A DNA stretch of 64,000 nucleotides from Candidatus Poribacteria bacterium (GTDB lineage Bacteria > Poribacteria > WGA-4E > GCA-2687025), in contig OY762492.1 in assembly GCA_963665845.2 (NCBI GenBank), positions 1,984,001 to 2,048,000 of the forward strand, read 5' to 3'. A program made the translations under genes and the position numbers. The notes under the pieces are model-generated. The model did no database searches and was not told the DNA's origin. It saw nothing but the letters and a program-made list of their open reading frames with translations. Of the stretch, positions 19,081-30,583 are shown one piece after another (positions within the stretch are counted from its first letter, which is position 1; each line of letters opens with the position of its first letter).

Positions 19081-19893
19081 TTAGCGTATAAACGGGAACA
19101 GGTTGAGTAACTCTTTCAAGCGGGGGCGGGCGCCGTATTCGGACAGCTCAAACGCTTCGGCATGCCGCGCGGCGCCGCCTTTCTCCTCGCCGTAAAGCTG
19201 AATCAAAAGCCCGCGCCAAGCGTCCGCGTTCGGGCGTCCGCGCCGTTTTGCGAGCCAAGCGCGCCGTTCCTTCTCTCCCTCTGGAACCTCCGACAGATAG
19301 CCGCCGTTGTAAGGCAGCCACTCGTAAAACTGCGACTCATGCTGATGCAGCATATCGATCTTCGTTTCATACGCCTCGTCGATGCAGACGGCGAGGGTCG
19401 GCTGAAACGGCAGCGGCTTTTGGAACCCGTCGCTCATATACATGATGACAGGGTTTTTGGACATATGCGGCGCGTCGGGGCAGATGTTCGGAACCGTCAC
19501 CATGTAGGCGGAATCCTGCGTCAAAATGGAGGTGTAGCGGTGGTCGGGATGGTAATCGTTCGGGCGGTGCGTGATGAGCAGGTCGGGGTTGAAGCGGCGG
19601 ATGAGGCGTATCAGCTGCTTGCGCGCTTCCAGGGTCGGCATGAGTTCGCCGTCATGGTTGTCCAGCGCGATGTACTGGATGCCGGCGATTTCGCCGGCGC
19701 GGCGCGCTTCTTCCGCCCTTCGCTGCGCGAGCGGTCCGCCGCCCATCTCATGATGCCCGGCGTCGCCGTTCGTGACCGACACAAACTGGACGCAATGCCC
19801 CATTCTCGCCCACAAGACCGCGCAGCCGCCGACCTTGATGTCGCAGTCGTCAGGGTGCGCGCCCAGCGCCAATACGCGTACCGTTTTTTCCAT
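19081..19893 (-). CDS. PIG-L family deacetylase
   Basis: AHPDD and HPDH motifs. Confidence 0.9.
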   Translation of the reverse strand: MEKTVRVLALGAHPDDCDIKVGGCAVLWARMGHCVQFVSVTNGDAGHHEMGGGPLAQRRAEEARRAGEIAGIQYIALDNHDGELMPTLEARKQLIRLIRRFNPDLLITHRPNDYHPDHRYTSILTQDSAYMVTVPNICPDAPHMSKNPVIMYMSDGFQKPLPFQPTLAVCIDEAYETKIDMLHQHESQFYEWLPYNGGYLSEVPEGEKERRAWLAKRRGRPNADAWRGLLIQLYGEEKGGAARHAEAFELSEYGARPRLKELLNLFPFIR

Positions 19894-19972
19894 GATTTAT
19901 CCGCGCCTACGATACGAACTTCGGCGCTATTTTACCGCGCCCGCCCCTCCATCTCAACTGCGGTGTCTGACG

Positions 19973-20185
19973 GGAAGTCTCTACAGACGATGACGTTCAT
20001 TTTTGCGCGACGGCCCGCCGATCCAAACCGTCATTCCCGCGTAAGCGGGAATCTTAAGGTTCCGCAGCCGCCTCGCCCGCCCTTAAACCCCCCCAGCCCC
20101 CCTTTTCAAGGGGGGAGTCCAGAAACCCCCCAGCCCCTCTTTTCAAGGGGGAGTCCAGAAACCCGCGCCCTACGTCATTGGGCTG
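19973..20185. repeat. Degenerate family B MITE fragment
   Basis: GGAAGTCTCTACAGACGATGA end, one palindrome and two CCCCCCAGCCCC..TTTTCAAGGGGG modules. Confidence 0.6.
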
Positions 20186-20189
20186 CTCA

Positions 20190-21869
20190 TCATTCCCGCT
20201 GGATAGAGCGGCTTGACGCAAGCCCCTTTTCTTCATTGATATCCAGCGTCTGATTCGCCGCAATGTTTGCAAGCCGAACCGCCTTGCCGGACGGGAATGT
20301 AACGACCAGCTCCAGCGCTTCCGCCGCGTCTCCTAAGCCGAATGTGAGCGTCTTTTCGCTCTGCGAGCAGTAGCTTCCTCCCCCTTTGAGCGTCTGCGTT
20401 TGACGCCCGTCTGCCGTTTTCAAGACCGCTTTGGCGCCGACAGCGTCTCGGTTGGAGCGGGAGCCTGTGAGGCGGAGGCGCAGTATCCCGGCGGTTGACG
20501 GCGAGTCGTTTCGATAGACGCGCGCCTCTCCGCCGTTCGCTGTCAGGACGATGTCCAGGTCGCCGTCGCCGTCCAGGTCGCCGTATGCCGCGCCCCTGCC
20601 GACCATCGGCTCCGTCAAGCCGACGTCCGCCGCCGCGTCCGCGTACCGCTTTCCGCCGCGGTTGAGAAACAGATGCGGACGCTGCGCGTATTGCACATTT
20701 TGCCGCACCGTTTCGATTTCGTTTTCAATATGCCCGTTTGCGACGAGCAGGTCGACCCATCCGTCCGCGTCCGCGTCCAAAAAACAGAGGCCGAAGGCGA
20801 GCGTCAAAAACGAGGGCGCGCCGATCTTCGCCTCCGCCGCCGCGTCGATGAACAGCCCGTTGCCCTCGTTGCGGTGAAGGCTGATCATCTCATTGGAGAA
20901 ATTGCCGACCGCGACCGTCGCGCGCCCTGAACGGTTTTCATCCGCCGCGTCCACGCCCATTCCCGCCCGCGCGACGCCCGCCTCGTCAAACGCGACGCCC
21001 GCCAGCATTCCGATCTCCTCAAACCGCCCCCCGCCAATGTTTTCATAAAGCTTATCCGGCTCCGTGTCGTTTGAAACGAACAGGTCTATTCGTCCGTCGC
21101 CGTTGTGATCGAACGCGACGACGCCGAGGCTCTTGCTGGTTGGGTCATGTACGCCGGCGGCTTCCGAAACGTCGGTGAAGGTTCCGTCGCCGTTGTTTTT
21201 GTAAAGCCGGTCGGCGGCGCCGTCATACGATTCGGGCGAGCAGTACGATTTGCGCGTTCCGTCCAATGTGCAGAAGATGTCTTTTTCGATAGACCATTCC
21301 ACATAGTTGCATATATAAAGGTCTAGATGTCCGTCGTTGTCCCCGTCGAACCATGCGGCGCTTGCTCCAAACCGTTCATTATGGACGCCCGCCTCTTTTG
21401 AGACCTCGTCAAACCGCCCTGTTCCGTCGTTTCGGTACAGTTTGCCGGCGCCGAGGGCGGAGATGAAGATGTCCGCGTCGCCGTCGTTGTCATAGTCGGC
21501 TGCCGCCGCTCCCATGCCGTAGATCGGCTCGTTGAAGCCCGCCTCCGCCGTTTTGTCGATGAAGCGCGGGGAGGAGCCGGGGGGAGCCTGTTCAAAATAG
21601 GCGGGCGTTTGCGGTTCGCCGGTCGGATTGCCCTGCCAGTCCATGCCGTTCACAAAGAGGATGTCGAGCCGTCCGTCGCTGTTTGCGTCCAGGATCGCGA
21701 CGCCGCTTCCCATCGTTTCGGGCAGGTATTTTTTGCCGAAGGCGCCGTTGTTGTGTTTGAAATAGACGCCCCATTCGGCGCTTATTTCTGTGAAACGCGG
21801 TCCCGCCTCGCCGTATGCCGGCGCCGACATCAACAGAAACGCGCAGAAAGCCGCCCTCAACCGCCCCAT
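20190..21869 (-). CDS. CRTAC1 / ASPIC-UnbV family FG-GAP repeat protein
   Basis: Signal peptide; repeated DxDNDGxxD motifs; C-terminal SNRDAVGA...GGSYCSQ ASPIC/UnbV motif. Confidence 0.9.
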   Translation of the reverse strand: MGRLRAAFCAFLLMSAPAYGEAGPRFTEISAEWGVYFKHNNGAFGKKYLPETMGSGVAILDANSDGRLDILFVNGMDWQGNPTGEPQTPAYFEQAPPGSSPRFIDKTAEAGFNEPIYGMGAAAADYDNDGDADIFISALGAGKLYRNDGTGRFDEVSKEAGVHNERFGASAAWFDGDNDGHLDLYICNYVEWSIEKDIFCTLDGTRKSYCSPESYDGAADRLYKNNGDGTFTDVSEAAGVHDPTSKSLGVVAFDHNGDGRIDLFVSNDTEPDKLYENIGGGRFEEIGMLAGVAFDEAGVARAGMGVDAADENRSGRATVAVGNFSNEMISLHRNEGNGLFIDAAAEAKIGAPSFLTLAFGLCFLDADADGWVDLLVANGHIENEIETVRQNVQYAQRPHLFLNRGGKRYADAAADVGLTEPMVGRGAAYGDLDGDGDLDIVLTANGGEARVYRNDSPSTAGILRLRLTGSRSNRDAVGAKAVLKTADGRQTQTLKGGGSYCSQSEKTLTFGLGDAAEALELVVTFPSGKAVRLANIAANQTLDINEEKGLASSRSIQRE

Positions 21870-23651
21870 TTAGACGCCCCGTTTCCGTTCATACGCCGCC
21901 CACTCCGCCGCCAAGAATGCAGCCGCCAAGAGCGCGAGCCATGGCCAAAACTCCCGCTTTTGAACATCGGACGCCGCCTCCGCCGCGGGCGCCGCCGCAT
22001 GCGCCTCTCCGTTTTTTATCGGCTCCATTTCGGAGCGCGGAACGTTGACGGCGGTCAACCCCTGCGGCTGACCGTCCGCGTAGACGCGGTAGATCCCCGC
22101 CACATTGATTCTTGCCGGACGCGCCAGCGGCGCGCGCCGATCCGTTCCGACCCGCTCAATCTCTAGGCTTGACGCGCTCAACTTCGGCAGCGGGATCGGC
22201 TCCCCCGCTTCCGCCGACAGCGGAACCGACCGCGCCCCCTCCCGCGCCCATTCCGCCAGATTCGACGCGAACACCACCGCGGCGGGCGTCATCGCAAAAT
22301 CGGTCTCGTTCAGGTTAAAGGCGTCAAACGCCGCGAGAACGATGCGCCGCCGCGGCGATTCAAACAGCGCGATCAGCGGCGCCTCTTCCGTCCACACAAG
22401 CCGACGCGCCTGCGGATTCAGCCGATACGCGCCCGCGGACCGCGCCGTCAGCCCGCTCCAGTCGGCAAAGCGGGTTAGCCGTTCGGACGGGTCATGCCGC
22501 GCGTCCGATACATTATATAAGTCGCCAATCCGTTCGGCGAAGGGCAGATCTCCCGCTGGGTTCACGGCGAGCGCGCTTCCGTCCGGCCATTCTTCGGGCG
22601 CTGCGCCGTCAAACACAACGAGCGCGTAGTCGCCGCTTGGCAGATACTCCTCAGGAGAGACGCGCTCCACGACCGCGTCCCCGCTCAACGCGAAGGCGGC
22701 GTCTCGAAACGGGTTTTCATCCCCGACCGTCAAGATGCGCAGCGCCGTTTTTTTGGGCAAGACGGCGTATGCCGCGTCGTCGCGGTCGAGATCGCCCCCG
22801 TTGTCGAGGCGGACGCTCAAGGCGGTTTCGCTGTCGTCCGACGCGCCGCCTGTGAAGGAAATTTGGACGCTCCGCATCGGCTTTATTTCGACAGCCCGCG
22901 CGTCCACAGGCGCGCCGTCCTGCGTCAAGTGAACCGCCGCGCGCGCCGTCTCGTCCGACAGGTTCAACGCCTCGGCGTCCACACGATACCTTCCCCCTCC
23001 GATCCATCGGGCGCGGACATCAACCAATGCGATGTTTTGAAAATCCGCCTCCTGTTCGTTTCCCCGCGCGTTGTTCTGATCGGTGAACAGCTCTATATGC
23101 GCGTCGGTCTGTTGAGACAGGCTCTCGGCGAAACGCAGCGCCGCGTCCAGATCCGCATGCGCGTCGGTCGGCTGAAGGCGTTTCAGCGCTTCTTCAATCG
23201 CGTTCGGATCTTGGGTGAACCCTTGCGCCAAAACAGGCGTCGGTCCCGCGGCGACGAGAGCCGCTAAAGCGTTCATCGGGGCGCTCTCCAGCCGTTTCAA
23301 CGCGCGGCGCTTCGCCTCTTCGAGTCGGTTTGGTTGAATGTCGCGCGCCGCCATGCTCGCGGAGACGTCCACGATCAGAACGACGCGCCGCGCCGCGAGC
23401 CGATCCGTCTCCATATAGGGTCGGGCGATGGCGGCGACGGCGGCCGTCATTGCCGCCAGTTGAAGAAGAAGGCGCAGGTTGATCTTTAACCGTCCCGCCG
23501 AGGCGGCGCGCGGCAGGCTGTCCGATTCCTCCCCCCAAAGAAGCAGACTCGGAACGATATAGACGGGCGGCTTCGGCTGAAGCAGGCTCAACAGCGCCGC
23601 AACCGGCAGCAAAACCGCCAGCAGCCATGCCCACGGCGCCAAAAAACCCAC
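21870..23651 (-). CDS. BatA and VWA domain membrane protein
   Basis: N-terminal BatA-like FLAPWAW...PSLLLW...IARP; MIDAS DVSASM; C-terminal TM ending LAAEW. Confidence 0.85.
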   Translation of the reverse strand: MGFLAPWAWLLAVLLPVAALLSLLQPKPPVYIVPSLLLWGEESDSLPRAASAGRLKINLRLLLQLAAMTAAVAAIARPYMETDRLAARRVVLIVDVSASMAARDIQPNRLEEAKRRALKRLESAPMNALAALVAAGPTPVLAQGFTQDPNAIEEALKRLQPTDAHADLDAALRFAESLSQQTDAHIELFTDQNNARGNEQEADFQNIALVDVRARWIGGGRYRVDAEALNLSDETARAAVHLTQDGAPVDARAVEIKPMRSVQISFTGGASDDSETALSVRLDNGGDLDRDDAAYAVLPKKTALRILTVGDENPFRDAAFALSGDAVVERVSPEEYLPSGDYALVVFDGAAPEEWPDGSALAVNPAGDLPFAERIGDLYNVSDARHDPSERLTRFADWSGLTARSAGAYRLNPQARRLVWTEEAPLIALFESPRRRIVLAAFDAFNLNETDFAMTPAAVVFASNLAEWAREGARSVPLSAEAGEPIPLPKLSASSLEIERVGTDRRAPLARPARINVAGIYRVYADGQPQGLTAVNVPRSEMEPIKNGEAHAAAPAAEAASDVQKREFWPWLALLAAAFLAAEWAAYERKRGV

Positions 23652-23658
23652 CGCCGAC

Positions 23659-24693
<1,035 letters not shown>

Positions 24694-24723
24694 GGCGTTT
24701 CTCCAATCGTGTGTGCGGTGCGG

Positions 24724-27279
24724 TTACAAACGGGGGTCGACAGGTTCGCTTTCCAGAGCCAGTATTGCAAAGACGCATTCATGCGCTCGGCTGATTGGCT
24801 CTCGTCGGGCGCGCCGCTCCAGCGCTTCCGCGCCAAGGGCAAACTCGCGCAGCGCCAGCATTCGTTTGGCGTTGAGGCTGCGCTGTTTTAAGCGTTGGAG
24901 CCGATCCGGCAACAAATACTCCGGCCCGTAAATGATGCGCAGATACTCGCGCCCTCTGCATTTGAGGGCGGGCTGAATCAGCCTATTTCTTGGGTTATGG
25001 GCGATGAAATCGAGCGGCTTTACGACGGCGCCTTCGCCGCCTTCGCCGGTCAACCGCTCCCACCACTCGATGGCTTCTTGACGCTGCGCTTCGTCAGAAA
25101 GGCGGACGGTTTTATGCTCGGCGGGAATGAGCCATCCAGGGTCGGCGTCGGCGAGACGGCGGAGCGCGTTCAAATGCCAGAGATGGTTTTTGTCTAGAAA
25201 AGAGCGCCCCTCCGCCGCCAGCAGATGAAACGGCGCAATGCGAAGATCGTCGATGGAGCCGACCTCCCAGCAATACCGCCGATACGCTTCCCGATACCGC
25301 TGGACGCCTTCAGCCCGCTGTTCAGCCCGCTCCCGCAGGTATGAAATATCGATGCCGCGCGCCTCGGCTCGGCGCAGCGCCTCCCCCGCCAGACTCAACG
25401 ACGCCTCCCCCGCCGCGCCCGCCGAAGCGTATTGACCCTTGACCAGCTCCTGCGCCTTCGCCGACCAGGGCATGATCTCCGCGTCGATGCATGCCCAGTC
25501 CGTCTCATGCGCGTTCCAAAAATCGGCGGCGTCGAACGCGGCGCGCAGCCGCCGTATGACCGCCTCTTCCTCCGCTTCGTCTGAAAAGAAAGGACGCCCC
25601 GTGCGCGTGTAACACGCTCCCCCCGCCGGCGACTCCACGCCGAACCGCCGCTCCGCCGCCTGCTCGTTTTGACAGATCACCGCGACGGCGCGGGAACCCA
25701 TATATTTCTCTTCGCACACAACCTGCTCAACGCCTTCTTTTTCAAAATACGCAAACGCCTCTTCAGGACGCTCCAGCATGTCGGGCTGGGCGGAAACTTC
25801 ACATGGGGACATGGTCGGCGGGAGATAAACGAGCCACTCAGGCGCCGCGGTGAACCGCGTCATCACCTCCAGAGCCGCCGCGGCGTTCTCCTCATTCACA
25901 ATCACATTGCCCATCAGCCGCGTGTGTATCAGCATCTTGCGCTGATAGTCGGCGATGTTCAGCAGGAGAGCCGCGCCGCCGCCGTCGTCCGCCTCTAAAG
26001 GCTTGGCGGGAACGCTGTACTGCTTTTCGGCGGGGATGGAGACGAGCGTTTTTTCAGGGTAGCGCAGCGCCGTCAACGCGCCGCCGAACACGCAGCCCGT
26101 GTCGATGTTGATCGTCCCGTTCACCCATTCGGCGCGCGTCACAGCGGTATGTCCATAGACGACCGCCGCGCGCCCCTTGTAGTCGACCGCCCAGTCAAGC
26201 CGTTCGGGGAGTCCGTAGGAGTCGGTTTCGCCGGTCGTTTCGCCGTAGAGCGCGAAGTCTCGCGCGGGGGAGGAGGCGCGCCCCTGCATATGTTCAGGCA
26301 TTCCAGCATGCGCCGCGACCAGTTTTCCGCCGTCCAGCAGATAATGGCTCACCATTCCGTCGATGAACGCCGCCGTTTTTTCTTCAAACGCCGCGCGCTC
26401 CGCCTCCGGCAGCGCCTCCAGCTCGGCGAGCGTTTTTTCCAGCCCATGCGTAATTTGAACATTCCGCCCCTGCAGTTTGCGCAGCAGTTTGACGTCATGG
26501 TTGCCGGGGACGCACAGCGCGTTTCCCTCCTCATGCATGCCCATAGCGATGCGCAGGACGTCTAGGTTTCGGGGGCCGCGGTCGGTCAGGTCGCCTAAGA
26601 AGATTGCCCGCCGCCCTTCAGGGTGGGCGTAAACGCCGCGCTCATTCCGCGCGTATCCAAGCGTCTCCAGCAGCGCCTCCAGCTCGCCGCAGCATCCGTG
26701 TATGTCGCCGATGATGTCGAACGGGCCGGCGTCGCCGCGTCGGTCAGTCCATAGCGGCTGGCGGTTGATCTGAACGTTGTTCACTTCCTCTTCGCCGCGC
26801 AGGCGGTACACATACCTGAAGCCGTCCCCCTTGACGCTTCCCGTGAACCGCCGGTGGATCCGCCGTATATGCTGATTAATGACGCCGCGGGGCAGTTGAC
26901 GGTCGGTACGGTTTCGGTTCCGCTCTTGGCATACTTTTTCCGGCATGTCCAAAATGACAGCGACCGGAAACAGATGATACTCTCGCGCCAGCTGCGTCAA
27001 CGGCTTCCGATCTTCCGATTTCAGATTGGTCGCGTCGATGACGGTCAAGCGGCGGGCGGCGAGCCGTTTTGCCGCCACATAATGGAGCGCGTCGAAGGCG
27101 TCCTGCGTCGCGTCCATGTTGTTCTCGTCGTCCCCGATCATCGCGCGGAAAGCGTCTGACGAAAGCGTCTCGGTCGCCTTAAAATGCTGGCGCGCGAAGG
27201 AGCTTTTGCCTGAACAAGAGGCGCCGATGAGGACGACAAGGGAAGGGTCGGGTATCTGCAGGACGCGCGGCTCCTTCAT
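24724..27279 (-). CDS. pnkp: Polynucleotide kinase-phosphatase-ligase Pnkp (RNA repair)
   Basis: Kinase P-loop GASCSGKS and DATN; phosphoesterase GDIHG, GDLTDRG, GNHD; ligase motif I EEKYMGSR, EGAVVKP, KCRGREYLR, C-terminal SEPVDPRL. Confidence 0.95.
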   Translation of the reverse strand: MKEPRVLQIPDPSLVVLIGASCSGKSSFARQHFKATETLSSDAFRAMIGDDENNMDATQDAFDALHYVAAKRLAARRLTVIDATNLKSEDRKPLTQLAREYHLFPVAVILDMPEKVCQERNRNRTDRQLPRGVINQHIRRIHRRFTGSVKGDGFRYVYRLRGEEEVNNVQINRQPLWTDRRGDAGPFDIIGDIHGCCGELEALLETLGYARNERGVYAHPEGRRAIFLGDLTDRGPRNLDVLRIAMGMHEEGNALCVPGNHDVKLLRKLQGRNVQITHGLEKTLAELEALPEAERAAFEEKTAAFIDGMVSHYLLDGGKLVAAHAGMPEHMQGRASSPARDFALYGETTGETDSYGLPERLDWAVDYKGRAAVVYGHTAVTRAEWVNGTINIDTGCVFGGALTALRYPEKTLVSIPAEKQYSVPAKPLEADDGGGAALLLNIADYQRKMLIHTRLMGNVIVNEENAAAALEVMTRFTAAPEWLVYLPPTMSPCEVSAQPDMLERPEEAFAYFEKEGVEQVVCEEKYMGSRAVAVICQNEQAAERRFGVESPAGGACYTRTGRPFFSDEAEEEAVIRRLRAAFDAADFWNAHETDWACIDAEIMPWSAKAQELVKGQYASAGAAGEASLSLAGEALRRAEARGIDISYLRERAEQRAEGVQRYREAYRRYCWEVGSIDDLRIAPFHLLAAEGRSFLDKNHLWHLNALRRLADADPGWLIPAEHKTVRLSDEAQRQEAIEWWERLTGEGGEGAVVKPLDFIAHNPRNRLIQPALKCRGREYLRIIYGPEYLLPDRLQRLKQRSLNAKRMLALREFALGAEALERRARREPISRAHECVFAILALESEPVDPRL

Positions 27280-28679
27280 TGCGCCGCGCCTTTCCGGTCA
27301 AAAATTGCCATCTGCGTCGGCGGACCGAGTTCGGCGTCCGGTTCCCCGACAGGGCGCGTCTGGACGCTGTATCCGTACTGTTCAGCGGCGTTGTTGATCC
27401 ATGCCTGAAACTCCGCCCGCGTCCACTCGAATCGGTGATCGGTATGGCGCAGCTTGCCGGGCGGGAGCGTTTCAAAAAGGACGTTGTATTCGCGGTTCGG
27501 CGTTGTGATGACAAGACGCCTCGGCTGCGCCTTTTGAAACAGCGCCATCTCCAGCGCCTTCAGCCTTGGCGGGTCGATATGCTCAATCACTTCGATGAGG
27601 GCGGCGGCGTCGAAACCGTTTAAGCGGCGGTCTTCGTAGGTGAGCGCGGTGTGAATCAGCTGAATCCGTTCGCGGCTTTGCGACTGGCGGTCTAAACGGA
27701 GCCTGCGATGGGCGCGTCCAAGGGCGACTGTGGAGATGTCCGCGCCGACGATCTTCACAAACTGCTTCTCTTTACGAAGCCGCGCCAGCAGCTTTCCGTC
27801 GCCGCAGCCCAGGTCGAGTACGGTTGCCGCGCCGTTCTCTTTTAAAGCTTCCGCCGCGGCGTTCAAGCGTATTTCGTTCAGGCGAACCTTCCTCTCCAGG
27901 GTGCCTTCCCGCGCGGCGCCATGCTCCTCCGTTTCCACCGCTTCGGAGGCGTCTTCGCGCATTCGCGCCAGGGCGGCGCGCACCAGCGGGCGATGCCGCC
28001 GCAAATACCTCTCCGCAATCATCTGCCGCTCTGGATGGTTTTCAAGCCAGTCGCCGCCACGTTTCAGCAGCTTGACCACCTCGTCGTCGCCGACATAATA
28101 ATGTTTCTCATCGTCCAGAACCGGTATCAGCACATAGAGATGCGTCAGCAGATCATGAAGCGGGCGCGTCGTTTTAAAAAGGGCGGTGAAATACTTTGAA
28201 TCGCCCCAGTCGGCGAATTGGGGATCAAGCGGAAGCCGCTCCGTTTCCAGCTCATACCCTAGCGGTTCAAAAAGTCGGCGCAGTACCGTTTCCCCGCCTC
28301 TGCAGGGAAGGGCGGAGAGGCGCGCCTCTAGACGCATCGGCGCGTCAACGCGGTCGGGGCGCGCGTCGCACCGGGCGGACATTGCCGTCCCAAAGACGCG
28401 CGCCAGCGCGACGCTCAAAAAGGAGGAGGCGGCATACGGGCGGTCGTTCACATAGTCAAACAGCGTCCAGCTGGCGCCGCGCCGCCGCCTCCTCGCCAGT
28501 TCCACCGCGTCGATCTCCAGCAGCAGCGCCGCCTCGCAGCGCGTATCGCTCCATGTCGGATAGAACACATGCGCATTTCCAAATTTGAGCGAAAACTCCT
28601 GCGCCCTGCCGGGATGCTTATGCAGCAGATAGCTCAAGTCTTCAGCATGCGGGCCGTCGGCGGCGATGGTCAGCAGCAT
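27276..28679 (-). CDS. hen1: 3'-terminal RNA ribose 2'-O-methyltransferase Hen1
   Basis: N-domain DLSYLLHKHP, YVNDRPYAASS, PVLDDEKHY; MTase LDLGCGDG, EVIEH, TTPNREYN, RHTDHRFEW. Confidence 0.95.
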   Translation of the reverse strand: MLLTIAADGPHAEDLSYLLHKHPGRAQEFSLKFGNAHVFYPTWSDTRCEAALLLEIDAVELARRRRRGASWTLFDYVNDRPYAASSFLSVALARVFGTAMSARCDARPDRVDAPMRLEARLSALPCRGGETVLRRLFEPLGYELETERLPLDPQFADWGDSKYFTALFKTTRPLHDLLTHLYVLIPVLDDEKHYYVGDDEVVKLLKRGGDWLENHPERQMIAERYLRRHRPLVRAALARMREDASEAVETEEHGAAREGTLERKVRLNEIRLNAAAEALKENGAATVLDLGCGDGKLLARLRKEKQFVKIVGADISTVALGRAHRRLRLDRQSQSRERIQLIHTALTYEDRRLNGFDAAALIEVIEHIDPPRLKALEMALFQKAQPRRLVITTPNREYNVLFETLPPGKLRHTDHRFEWTRAEFQAWINNAAEQYGYSVQTRPVGEPDAELGPPTQMAIFDRKGAAQ

Positions 28680-28687
28680 CGGGCGGC

Positions 28688-30505
28688 TTAACGTTCGCCG
28701 CGTTCAAAATACCGCTTGACGGCGTTTTTATGCCTCGGCAGCAGCTGATGTTTATTCGAGGAGCCGCCGCCCGCTTTGGAGCCGCTCAACACATCAACGC
28801 TTTTCTCCGGCGCCTCGTCGTTCACCATCGGGGCGGAGGAGCTGACCTGGAGCGTTTCGCCGCTGTCCGGCGAGGCGATTTTGGAGAGCGGGAGCGTCTC
28901 CGCGTTGAACTTTGCGTTCTCTTCGGAGGCGGGGTCTTTCCATGTCAACGGGGCGGCGCCCGGACCTCGGTTGATTCCGTACTGCCCTGGTCCCTGATTC
29001 TGCATCCCCGCCATGAGCGATTGGATGGAGCCGCTGTTTCCGCTGCTTCGGCATTCGCTCAAAAACTTTGCCAGCCCTGCGCTGTTGCATTGTCCCAGCT
29101 GTTCGCATTTTTGGAGCGAATCCATCGGTATGAGACCCGCCTCATTCATCTTTGCCAACCGCTCGGACAGCTTGCCTTTCGCTTGGCGCAGCGCGTCGGC
29201 AAGCGAAGCCAGCTGCTCCGGCGACAGCGACTTGGCGCCGTCTTGCGAGAGCGCCTTGCGGAGAGCGTTTGCCAACGCTTCCTGCTGCTCCTTGCTAAGG
29301 CCGTTCTGCCCATTCTGTCCATTCTGCCCGTTCGATTGCGCGGCGTTTTGGTTCATGATGTTTTTCATGGCGCTCATGAGCGATGGGTTGTTCAGCGCGT
29401 TTTCCAGAGCCTTGTTTAAAGCGTTCGCCGTTTCTGGATTGCTGAGCGCGTTTTGCAGAGCCTTGCTTAAAGAGTTTGCCGTTTCTGGATTGTTGAGCGC
29501 GCCTTTCATTGCCTTGCTTAAAGCGTCCGCCAGCGCCGATTTGTCGCCGGCGCCTTCCATCGCCTTGCTTAAAGCGTCTGCGAGGGACGGATCGTTCAGC
29601 GCCTTTTCCAGCGCCTCGGTCAAGGCGTTCGAAAGGGCGGGATTGTTCAGCGCGTCTTCTAGATTCTTGCTCAAGGCGTCCGCCAGCTGCTCATTCTCCT
29701 GCGCCGCCTTGCCGACCATCTCGGACAGCGCCGACATCGCCTCCGCCAGCAGCGATTCGTCCATCATGCCGCTTTCATGAAGAAGCGATTCGGCAAGCGA
29801 TTCGGCGTTGGCAAGGTCTTCGGTTTGCGTTAGCGCCTCTTCGGCGGCTTCTTCGGCGGTCTGTTTCAGCTCTTTTTCAACATGGTCAAGCGCTTCCCAG
29901 GTTTTGGCGGGGTCTTCGCCGGTCGCTTCCTCTTCGAGGCGGTCCAGCTCTTGCTCCAGCTCCTCCACCTTTTCGATCTCAATCTTCTCCTCTTTCAGCG
30001 CGTCGATGCCTTTGGAGAGCTGATCCGTCTCGGCGCTGATGTCAAGCGGTCGGGCGCGCGTCGCGTCCACATACCGCTGCGGGATCAGCAGGCTTGTCAA
30101 AACAAACAGCGCCGCGCCGAGCAGACGCAGAGACGATTTGCCGCTGCGCCACTGAAGCTTGGTCGGCTGCGCCTGCGGCATTTGGTACGCCCAGGCGCCC
30201 AGGTCAACGCTCTCTTCCGCCATGAGAAGCCCGCCCATTTTGCTGCGCCGGTCAATGGCGGCGCGGAAGGCGCTCTTGCTTGGAAGTTGGCGGCGCGCCC
30301 AGTATCCTGCGACAAGGGCGGCGGCGGCAAGTCCAGCGATCCCCCACCAGATGGACGGACGCGGCTGCCCAAACGCGGCGCGCAGCAGAATGACCGCCGT
30401 TCCCCATATCAAGCCCCACACGGCGGCGAGCAATGCCGCGCGTTTGAAAAAAAGCAGCAGGGCGGTTTTGCGTCTCAGTTTGTCGATGGAGGTTCGGCGT
30501 TTCAT
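28688..30505 (-). CDS. Membrane protein with long coiled coil and 17-aa repeats (MoxR-operon type)
   Basis: Three N-terminal TM helices, acidic coiled coil, GPGQYGINRGPG, C-terminal LPRHKNAVKRYF. Confidence 0.75.
   Translation of the reverse strand: MKRRTSIDKLRRKTALLLFFKRAALLAAVWGLIWGTAVILLRAAFGQPRPSIWWGIAGLAAAALVAGYWARRQLPSKSAFRAAIDRRSKMGGLLMAEESVDLGAWAYQMPQAQPTKLQWRSGKSSLRLLGAALFVLTSLLIPQRYVDATRARPLDISAETDQLSKGIDALKEEKIEIEKVEELEQELDRLEEEATGEDPAKTWEALDHVEKELKQTAEEAAEEALTQTEDLANAESLAESLLHESGMMDESLLAEAMSALSEMVGKAAQENEQLADALSKNLEDALNNPALSNALTEALEKALNDPSLADALSKAMEGAGDKSALADALSKAMKGALNNPETANSLSKALQNALSNPETANALNKALENALNNPSLMSAMKNIMNQNAAQSNGQNGQNGQNGLSKEQQEALANALRKALSQDGAKSLSPEQLASLADALRQAKGKLSERLAKMNEAGLIPMDSLQKCEQLGQCNSAGLAKFLSECRSSGNSGSIQSLMAGMQNQGPGQYGINRGPGAAPLTWKDPASEENAKFNAETLPLSKIASPDSGETLQVSSSAPMVNDEAPEKSVDVLSGSKAGGGSSNKHQLLPRHKNAVKRYFERGER
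29372..29677 (-). repeat. Six 51-bp (17-aa) intragenic tandem repeats
   Basis: ALSKNLEDALNNPALSN / ALTEALEKALNDPSLAD / ALSKAMEGAGDKSALAD / ALSKAMKGALNNPETAN / SLSKALQNALSNPETAN / ALNKALENALNNPSLMS. Confidence 0.85.
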
Positions 30506-30545
30506 TGGGCTATCCTCTCGCGGCTTCTATGTATGGCATATCTTT

Positions 30546-30574
30546 AGTTTAACGTACAGAATCGAACGGCGCAA
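30546..30574 (-). promoter_or_regulatory. Putative sigma70 promoter of the hen1/pnkp/moxR operon
   Basis: TTGCGC-17 bp-TAAACT on minus strand; GAGGA SD before ATG 30505. Confidence 0.5.
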
Positions 30575-30583
30575 ACCGAATTT

